Assembly: GCA_051294375.1 (NCBI GenBank)
Contig: CM119266.1
Coordinates: 6,031,431-6,095,334, forward strand
DNA length: 63,904 bases
Reading direction: 5' to 3'
Origin: Paraspadella gotoi
Taxonomy: Eukaryota; Animalia; Chaetognatha
This document shows positions 1 through 9,330 of this stretch, in pieces. The position numbers and the translations under genes are program-made. The stretch's first letter is position 1, and every line of letters begins with the position of its first letter. Below the pieces are notes generated by a model. That model saw only the letters and a program-made list of their open reading frames with translations. It did not search any database and was not told the DNA's origin.

Positions 1-751
1 CCGTATCTCTGTAAACAAAATGAAAAAACCGCCAAAAAAATTTGTAAAAACCACGAAAAAAAGAAAGAAAACGAAACTAAAAAGATTTAAAGTGAAAAGT
101 TTTTATGTTCGTCGCAAAAACAAAGATAAAAACTAAATAAGGGGAAAGACTGTGGGATGCGTTATTGCAAAAATAGGGAGGAGGAGGAGGAGGAGGAGGA
201 GGAAGAGGAGGAGGAGACGAATGGGCGATAATCCAAACATGACTGAAAAGGGATCCTTTGTTCTGGAGTTGAAGTCGGAATTTAGAGAGAAGAATAATTT
301 GAAAAAGGTGAAATGAGTAAACGAGTTCGAAGATGAAAAGAGGGAAGAGGAGAGAGTGAAACAAGAAAGTGAAAGAGTGAAATAATAAGTGAAAAAAGTG
401 AAAAGTGAAAAGTGAAAAGTGAGAGAGTGAAACTAGAAAGTGAAAAACAGGTGAAAAAAGTTACAAAAAAACAAATAATTTTTTTTAATAAGATTTTTTT
501 GTCTTAACTAGGTAATTAAAATCTAAACTATCTCTCTCTCTTTATGGGTAAAAATATTATTTCTTAAAAGATATCATTTTAATGGTACAAGCCAGAGCTT
601 CGTTTGATTGATTTTTTTAATAAATTTTTCCCGGGACATATCATCATCATCATCATCATCATAATCATAGCTAGTTAGCTATTGAGCACCTATCGTTAAA
701 AAAGGTATTTTTCGGCATAAAAAAAGAAAAGAAATTCTTGTACTGTTTTTT

Positions 752-937
752 AAAAGCGCCGCATTTCTGTTCCTAATCCCTGAATTTAATAAAACCAATC
801 CTTTACCTTTATCCTAAAATAAACCTTCATCTCTAACCCCTATCTCTAACTTAACCCCTATCCCTTATCCGTAACCTAACCTTTGAACTTCAAAAAAAAT
901 TATTGATTTCAAAATCGATCAGAAATAGGGCGCTTTT
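752..937. mobile_element. Short MITE-like element with degenerate telomere-like (TAACCC) interior
   Basis: Inverted ends aaaagcgccgcatttctg / cagaaatagggcgctttt. Interior of cctaac/taaccc-like units. Confidence 0.55.
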
Positions 938-1539
938 ATAAAATATGGCCGAAATCCTATCCTATATATCTCTCGGTCCGAGAGAAAAGATAATTTCCTA
1001 ATTTCGGTAAACGTTAAAAATTAAAAAAAATTCATTTTTCTTTTGGTGAAAAAAAAAAATTTCTACGAAAAATGAGAAAATGCAAAATCTGAGAAAGAAA
1101 ATTGATCTCAGGTTAAACGGAAGAGGAATTTGATTGTCGGGGGTGACTGGGGGGAGTGGGGGGAGAGGGGGGTAGAGGAGAAGTGGGGGGCTTGAGGGGG
1201 GTAGTGGGGAGAGAAGAGGTTTGGGTTGGGAGTGGAAATCGGGTTATAGGATAGGATTGTGGTAAACCTGTTGTGTTTCAATGAAAATAAAGGTACGTTT
1301 TGAAATAAGCGAACATTGAACAATGAGTTAAGTTAGAGAAGATAACAGTGATATTTTTTTAAAACTAAGGTAATAAAGGGTAAGTTTCGTCACTTTATAA
1401 ACTATGGTATTTTTTGGTTAGATGTATTATCTCAAAATATTATCTTTTTCTCTCCGATATGGTATTTGTACTTTTGATCTTTGGGATTCGAAGACCAGCG
1501 ACAATCGACGTCGTAAAAGGTAATTAGATATGACGTGTG

Positions 1540-1541
<2 letters not shown>

Positions 1542-1600
<59 letters not shown>
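1542..1600. repeat. (CT)n microsatellite, representative of many CT/GA tracts in the window (e.g. 18000-18095, 32377-32470, 60662-60760, 63758-63832)
   Basis: Directly visible. Confidence 0.97.
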
Positions 1601-1603
<3 letters not shown>

Positions 1604-2970
1604 TTTGATTCCTGTCGAGCGGTCGAGTTCAGTGGTCGGGGTCATATTTGAGGTCATCAGTCATCGTTTTGAGCTGAAATTGTGGTCATTAATTTTCCTT
1701 ATCACTCGTTGACGTTGGACATTTGTGGCCACCAGAGGTCATTACTTTTCTTGAAGGTTTTATGAATGTAATAAGAAAAGATAAGAATTGTGAAGAAACA
1801 ATATCTTTTTGAAATTAAGTGGGAATTTCGACTTGAGTCAAAATATGAATCTCTCGCTGAATCATGAGTGAATTATGAGTTTTAAATTTCACTAAAAAGC
1901 CACAAAAATCTCATAAACTGGGTTTTTTGAGATTTGGGTCTTGTGTTGTTGTTGTACTTACTACAACCCGACGAGAGAAACGTTTATTATTTTCTTTTAG
2001 TTAATGGAAAGGCCAGGCTTCTTTGTGACGTAGTCGTCGTCGTCGTTGTCGTCGGCGTCACGCTGTTTTTATATAAAAACTACTACGCTTTTATAGTTTT
2101 GGCTGGGACTTACCTTTTTTTTTAAATAAAAATTATTATAAATTACGATGAAGTTTTATAAATGTGTGCGATCGTAGTAAGTTAAAAATTTAGATATGGG
2201 TTCTCATCTTGAAAAACCTTTGAAATTGTTTTCAAATTGTTCGATTTTGCTCCCATCCTTCCCCCTGCCCACCTCTGCTCCCGCGATTTCCCCCCCGCCA
2301 CCACCCCTACGGGTGGCCTTAGCCTTTCTCGCTCTTCGCGTCGACTCGATCTTTTGAGACGTCTTTTGTTTCTTTTTTTCTATCTTCAAATTCGATCGCG
2401 ATCGAAAAAATGACAAAAGACTCATCGGACGAAAGTTTCCGCACCAGCGCCACGGATCTCTGTTCCCCTTTGACGAAAGATGTCGCGACCGCGGCGGCTT
2501 ACCTCTTAGGTTAAACAAAAGGACATCGGGAAATGATTTTTTCTCACTCAAAGTCGGACTTTATTCATGCGAGGCCATCAGTTTATCAGTTTTGTACTGA
2601 TTAGATTATCATTTTACACCGTTTATAGTTAAAGAAAAAAAATACTGCTGAAAAAAGACAGAGACAGACAGAATGAAAGACAAACAGTGAGAAAATAATA
2701 ATCAAGAAAAAAATTTATTGAACAAAAACTGGTTTCTTCTTCGCAGCAAATTAAAATTCCACTGCCGATTTCAGAAGGAAAAGATTATTCATTAGTTGGC
2801 TACTAAATCGACTCGAAGCGTTTTATATTTTAATTAAGAAAAAAGAAAAAATATGTAACAAATATATTTCAAGTATTTCTCCGTCATGAAAACTGTTCCA
2901 TGTCACAGACATTGTCGGGACAAAATTTTATGATATCGTTGAAGACTTTTGAGTCACTTTTTCCGTCGAA

Positions 2971-3672
2971 ATGGCGGCCAAGAATCCCTTCGCCGCTGAC
3001 AAATCCTATCACTTAAAAATCTATCGCGTTTTGTTTGAAGGAAGCCCGTCCATGTTGAGAGACTTGGTAGAGGTGGAACTTCCTGCTGTAACTGAGAAGC
3101 CCTGGAATGCTGGTGACCTGTGGAAAGAGTGGTACCTTGAGAATAAAGTCCAAATTGACAAATTCGATTATATCACAAAGATCAGGACTGTGGATTTCAG
3201 AGGAAATGAAGTTCCAGACTTGAGCGAAGCGGATGTGACATTCCTAAAGTTCGCGTTGAAGAAAATTGTCACGGACTTCAACCCCATTCAACAACTCGCC
3301 AAAAAGCGAAATGAATTCGCTCACATGAACTTTAAAGAGATGTCCCTCTTGGACTTCATCTCTATTTATGGCGACCTCGTCGATATATGTAGGAATCTTT
3401 TCAAAAAATATCGAGATTTGCGAGAAACGTGGGAGGGTTACCTGACCAACGTCGTACTCGAAGATGTGGTCGACAAAGATCAACTGGAAAAAATCTGTGA
3501 AGAACAAATGAAATTGTTCACCAGTGACCTTGAGAGCTTTGTGAGTCGTTGGAAGCTTCCTGGAGTAGATAAAGGAAGCAAAGTACGATTGAAAAGTCCG
3601 TCTTCTGAATCAAAACTAGAAAGGCAGTTCAGCAGCCTTGAGCAAGTGTCGAGCTTGTTAAAAATGAAATGA
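2971..3672 (+). CDS. N-terminal part of an NLR-like gene: DZIP3/hRUL138-type HEPN domain followed by a helical/linker region
   Basis: 233-codon non-repetitive ORF. The segment 'ADVTFLKFALKKIV...IQQLAKKRNEFAH' matches the DZIP3-like HEPN pattern (D-I/V-T-h-L ... R-N-x-x-A-H). The RxxxxH motif is at 3307-3324. It is in the same reading frame as the NACHT ORF, separated only by TGA 3670-3672. Confidence 0.75.
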   Translation: MAAKNPFAADKSYHLKIYRVLFEGSPSMLRDLVEVELPAVTEKPWNAGDLWKEWYLENKVQIDKFDYITKIRTVDFRGNEVPDLSEADVTFLKFALKKIVTDFNPIQQLAKKRNEFAHMNFKEMSLLDFISIYGDLVDICRNLFKKYRDLRETWEGYLTNVVLEDVVDKDQLEKICEEQMKLFTSDLESFVSRWKLPGVDKGSKVRLKSPSSESKLERQFSSLEQVSSLLKMK

Positions 3673-5560
3673 GAAACTCAAACACTGTTTGTGCCTCACA
3701 ATGCTAGAGCTTACATCACTATTGACTACATTGACGTTGGCTTTGAAAAAAAAGCTGCTCGCGTAAAAGCAACACCTTTGGCAATGATCAACGATCCAAC
3801 AAGCACTGGACCTCCCAAAGTTGCCGCTGAAGCTCCTTTACTTCCCTCTGTTCCTCAAGTCGCTACTATCGAATTTGACATCGATGTGGAATATGAAGAA
3901 AAGGATGATGATCCACCACGACAAAAGTTACGTAATCCAGTCAAGCAAGATTATTTCTTCAAAGATGTCATTTCTGAAATTGAGGAAAGTAAAATTAATA
4001 GATTCGTCATAGAAGCTAATGGAGGCTTTGGAAAATCAGTGCTAGCAAAAAACATTGTTCACAAATGGGCCAACGACGATTGTTTAACAATGTTTACGAT
4101 GGTTTTCCATTTAGAAATGAAGACCATGAACCTTGAAGACAGCCTTGAGGCTAATTTAATCGACCAGTATCATTGTCTGGGTAAGTATAATGACATCCAA
4201 TCATCGCTGATAAAAAATGCATCGAAAATCCTTTGGATAATTGACGGACTGGATGATTGTTCATCCCGAGCTGCTGCGAGAGAATTTTTGAGGAAAAACA
4301 TATCCGCCGCTTCAGATTTTGGTAGCAGTTATTTTCTGTTCCTTACTCGACCTTTAGGGAGAGATTTGCTCAAGGGAATATTGGCCAACGTCACTGAGTT
4401 CACAATTGCGCCACTTGGTGAGAAGCAAAAGGTGGACTTTGTGAAAAGTTTTCCTTTTTCTGAAGAAAAAGTGAACAAAGAAGAATCGATGGTGTCTAAA
4501 ATTGAGTCTTGTTCTTTTGTGAACAACTTCACCTCTGTTCCTTTGTTTCTGGTTATGTTATGCGCGATTTTTGACGACAAAAATCGCGGCAACGATTTAA
4601 AAATGTTATTAGACATTCTAGCTCTGACTCTGAAGCACGAACAAGGTCGTCTTCATAGGGAAAACGACAAAATATACTCAACGGCAACTATTCCATTTAT
4701 TACTGAAAACATCAGAATATTCGCCACACTGGGAAAAATTTTATTAACAAGCGAATTTGAAATATCGGACATAGAGCTGACTGATCAACTGGAAAAGACT
4801 CTCACGCCGGAGGAGGCAGCTGTGACCAGGAGATTAGAAATTCTGCATCACACTAGAGTCGCTCGTGGAACACGAACCCAATCATCGTTTTATGTCTTTG
4901 ACGAGAAACTAGAAGAGCTGCTCGTCGGAATTTTTCTGGTTCGCAACTCCGCGCCGATTCCTATACAGTCACTCCGCAACAAACTTGGTCAAAAGCAGAT
5001 CGACATTTTAAGATGCGCGTCTACTCTCTACCTTAATGATATTTTCTGCTTAAAAGATTTTACGCCAGCTTTTGACAAATACATCGAATTTGCTTTTGAT
5101 TCTTCGCAATCGTTCACCAGCTGGCGATGTTGGCAAGTCATTGGACAAGTGCTAAAGATTGGGAGAGAAAAGTTAACATTTGAACCCATGGCTCACAAAG
5201 TCACTGATTATGTCAAAGTCAAAGCGGAATCCCGTTTTTACACTGAAGATTTTCGATTTCTTCAACAAAATTTAAAGCATTTCTTTCGTTGCCTGAGATC
5301 TCATTCCATCGAGAGGGTTTGTAACAAATGCCTTTTGCCTGAAGAGCTCTTGAAGAAGATCACAGAATTGGGATTTGAGAATAAAGTTTTAGATATTCAG
5401 ACATGGCCGTTCAACGAGATACTATATGTTTCCAGAATTTTCTACATTTCCACAGAATTCATGCTTCTTTGCTTGCCAGTGGACGGTGACTCGGAAAAAG
5501 GTCATGCTGGTGAAAGCTGTATTCAAATCATCGCCAGGGCGGCTGTTACACTTCCTAATG
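3673..5560 (+). CDS. NACHT (STAND class) NTPase domain with downstream helical domains; same exon as the HEPN region
   Basis: Walker A 'FVIEANGGFGKS' (core 4015-4038), 'IVHKWA' helix, Walker B 'LWIIDGLDD' (4231-4257), sensor-1 'FLFLTRP', 'VPLFLVMLCAIF' (PLL-type motif), winged-helix-like 'FYVFDEKLEELLVGIFL'. The frame is open from 3673. A strong donor AATG|GTAAGT at 5560/5561 (phase 1) precedes the in-frame stop at 5599-5601. Confidence 0.88.
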
Positions 5561-5689
5561 GTAAGTTGACGAGCAGTTTATATAAAATAAAGGGAAATTA
5601 AAAGATAAAATTTTTAAAAAAGAAAGAAAAAAATTACTTTCTTATTTGGGAAGAAAGAAGAAAAAAGGAAAGAAAAAAAAAGAAAGATA

Positions 5690-5754
5690 GATATAAAATA
5701 ATAAATAAATAAATAAATAAATAATAAATAAATAATAAATAAATAAATAAATAA

Positions 5755-5790
<36 letters not shown>

Positions 5791-6040
5791 AATAAATAAA
5801 TAAATAAAATAATAAAATAAATAAATAAATAAAGAAAGAAAGAAAGAAAGAAAGAAAGAAAAGAAAGAAAGAAAAGAAAGAAAGAAAAAGGAAAGAAAGA
5901 AAGAAAGAAAGAAAGAGAAAGAAAGAAAAGAAAGAAAGAAAGAAAGAAAGAAAAGAAAGAAAGAAAGAAAGAAAGAAAGAAGAAGAAGAAGAAGAAAGGA
6001 AAAGGAAGGAGGAAGAGAAGGAAGGAAGGAAAGAAGAAAC
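5690..6040. repeat. Compound (AAAT)n / poly-A / (AAAG)n microsatellite in the NACHT-kelch intron
   Basis: Directly visible. Confidence 0.95.
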
Positions 6041-6078
6041 ACAGTTATAAAGAGTTAATAACTGTTTTCTATTCCAAG

Positions 6079-7166
6079 GAGTCCAACCGCCTCCGCCCAC
6101 CTCTGCTCTCCCTGATCCACTTCCTGTTCAACTGATCGAGGCGCCTCCTATCTTCGCCGCTGATCACGCGACGGCGAATCGATTCCCGATCGGCGTAGGA
6201 TTCGTCTCCGTCTTATTCAAAGGAAAGATTTATATTTTGGGAGGAGGTCAAAAACAGCCTGACGAAGATTTCTCTTATCTCCCAATCGATGTCTTCGTCA
6301 TGAATCCCGACGACGAGACATGGAACCGAATCAAACCCACGGGCGACGTTCCGCCGCCAACGACTTTATCCGTCGGCGTCGCGACTAAAGTCTCCGTCTT
6401 CCTCTTCGGTGGATCCGCGAACGGAAAAGTCACGAACGAAATCTTTACTTTCGATTCCAACGGAAAATTCGCGAAACTCGTTCCTGTCGGCGCAGTCCCT
6501 TCGCCTAGAAGAGAACACCGCGGTTGGGAATACAAAGGAATACTTCACTTCTTCGGTGGTTGGGGACCCACTATCAACTCCTCGACTGAGGGATATCTTC
6601 AAGGAGGCGATTTCGTCGAGTGGGAGGGAAAAGCCGGAATGTCCGCCACGAATCAACTGATTCAGTTCGATCCCACTATCAACGCTTTCTCTCTTCCTTC
6701 GACGACGGGGACGCCGCCGTCGCCGCGAATCAACTTCGGCGTCGCGCGTTTGAGAGAAAAGCTTTTTCTTCACGGTGGACTCTGCCATGGGAGATCCCTT
6801 AAAGACTTCTTTCTATTGAATTTGGATACATTAGCTTGGAGTGAGTTGGACGACTTTGGTTTGACTCGACCGACGTCCAATCACACGTTGACGCCAATAT
6901 CTGCCTCTGAAATTCTCGTCGTCGGCGGCGACTCCCCTGGCGGCATCTCGAACGAAGTCAAAATCTTCGACGCACAAAATTCGTCGTGGAAGGAAGAACC
7001 GAATCTGACGTCGGAATTCTGCGGCGGCGGAGGGTTGATGATGCACGGAGCCGTCGCCGTGAAGAAGAGAAATCGCGTCGTCAGAGTCTTCTGTTTTGGG
7101 GGATACGTTGATGAGGATAGGAAATCTCATCCTCGTCACATCGTCAAATTTGATCTTGAAGAATAA
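6079..7166 (+). CDS. Terminal exon of the NLR-like gene: Pro-rich linker plus kelch-repeat beta-propeller, KLHDC1/KLHDC2-like
   Basis: Acceptor ttttctattccaAG|GA at 6078/6079 restores the frame with the phase-1 donor at 5560 (6081 is in frame with the 6237 ORF). Six GG-containing blades: IYILGG, VFLFGG, LHFFGG, LFLHGG, ILVVGG, VFCFGG, with W and 'GxxPSPR' motifs. 'TTGTPPSPR', 'DFFLLNLDTLAWSEL' and 'HTLTPIS' recall KLHDC1/2. Stop TAA 7164-7166; AATAAA near 7202. Confidence 0.88.
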
Positions 7167-9330
7167 ACTATCGGACGAATAGCCATGATAATATTAATAA
7201 TAATAAATAACTATAAAATCCACGAAAACATAACATAAATTACGACGTGAAAAAACATTGTTTTCCATAACTATAAAACGGAAGGAGGAATATCACGTTA
7301 ATAAGCAACTCGATTGAAAACAACACAGCCGAAACTCCATCGACGACGACAACTACGAAATCATTTAAAAACCTTTCAAACCCAACGGATTTTCACAAAA
7401 TATCTTTTTCACTTTCACAAAAATATCCTCGACACTGTTTGACAAATGATGTTTCGCCAACAAATTGTAAAATTTTTAAAACTATTTAAATTGATCCCAG
7501 TAAGTCAATTTTGGGAATTTTAAAGCGCTATTTTTTAATTGCATTATATACAAATTTTACGAAAAGTAAAGGATTTTAAATTTAAGTTTCGTTGAAACGA
7601 TTGACTGACCCTTAACGCCCTCTAGCTCTCCCCTTTCCCACTGCGGGTTCCAATGCATCGCCACGCCAGATTTTTCCCACTCCACGCCACATATGATGGC
7701 GTGACGCCAAATCTCAGTCATCGGAGTTGTTCCGTCAACGTCCATTAGCGTCTCTCGATATTGCGGTTACGTGATTTTTGTCTCATAGTCTTGATTATAT
7801 TGGATTTATTTCAGTTTTTTTTGCTTACAAAAATCTACCTTTTGTTGGATAACAAAACTATTGGTGACAAAACTGTAATTATTTGTAATTTATTAACCAA
7901 AGGGGAAACATGTCCGTATCTGTCATTAAACATCATCGTTAATTATCTATCACAACGAAAATAATGAAACGTTCAACAATTTATAATAATTAATCAAATT
8001 GGACTTCATACATTTGAATTAACGCAGAAGATTGTCAAAAACAAATCTGTTTAATCGCAGACGAGTTTTATCAATCGAAAACTTAATTTTAATTGTTGTT
8101 AGTTTACAAAACAAAAACTTCTCTCATGCACTACGGCACGGTGATCTAGTTGGCCTAATTTTCGGGAAAAACCTCTCTTTTTTGGTAAAAACAACTTTTT
8201 CTCGTATGCTGATTTCATCGATGCCCTGGTGAGGTTGTTGGACAAAGTTTAAATGTTAATTTTGATTTGAAAAAAATATGGAGATAAAATTTATTAAACG
8301 TACGAACTACATTTGGTTCTTCAAGAAATCATTTATGGTAGTCGATCGACTTTTGATTTATAATTTCGATCTTAAACAGAAATTGATCAAACTTACTATT
8401 TTATCTTTATTTATATTATAAATATTAGGTGTTTGTTTGTAGTATCATTAGAAACTAAATCTTGTTGATTGAATCGGTCGAAATTGTATGAGTTTTTATT
8501 ATGTTTTTCATATCATACATAGTGACATAATATAAAAATCTTTTTTTTATTTGTTAACAAACTAGGCAAAAAGCTGGTAACATAACAAAGTCAAATAAAA
8601 ACAAACAAGCCTCTCAAAGACTTACCCGAAATAAGGATTTGCTTATAACTTGAGAAAGAATAATTTTTGGAAACTGTTATCTCAGCAGAGACTTTGTATC
8701 ATTACTATGGAAAGACTGAATATGTATTTATGCCCGTATGTTCAAGTGCCTTTTATCCGATTTTATTTTTCTTTTGGATCACTGTGTACGGGTTAGTTTA
8801 TCAAAAAATATTGAAACAACGTCCGATCATTAAATTTGTTAATTTAAAAAAGCTTTTTTTCACTCAGCAAAATTATTGTATTATCTTTTCATTTCTGTCA
8901 AACGTTATCTTTGCCGTTTTCTTTCATTGAACCAGATATCTTCAAACCAAACAAACCTGAGTTTAGATAAAGATTACAAAATATCTCGAAGTTAGACTTT
9001 GGTCAAACGAGAAATAACGTGAGTTCAACATTCGATTTACGACTTGAAGAGTGTGATCCATCAAAAAACCCATTCGTTTTTGGACATTTAAAGTTACAAT
9101 GTTCCTTCGCAAAAAAAAAACCACACGAGGGTTTTACGGATAAGTTTTTTGTTTTAAAATGAGATTTAATTTTAAAACAGATTTATTTTTGATAAAACTC
9201 ATTTCAAATTGAAATTAAACGACAAACTTGTACGGAAACTGTACCGATATTCACTTATATTCATAATTAAAAATAAACAATTTTTTTGCTTAAATCAAAT
9301 CCTACACATTTTCGACAACATCAACAAACA

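Noticed and set aside
2410-2514. Short upstream ORF or extra 5' coding exon (MTKDSSDESF...) of the NLR-like gene
   Set aside because: Weak donor and no in-frame acceptor found; it could be 5' UTR but cannot be supported.
2971-7166. Three-gene prokaryote-style operon or bacterial contamination
   Set aside because: A canonical spliceosomal intron full of microsatellites joins NACHT and kelch in frame, and the flanks are typical host repeats.
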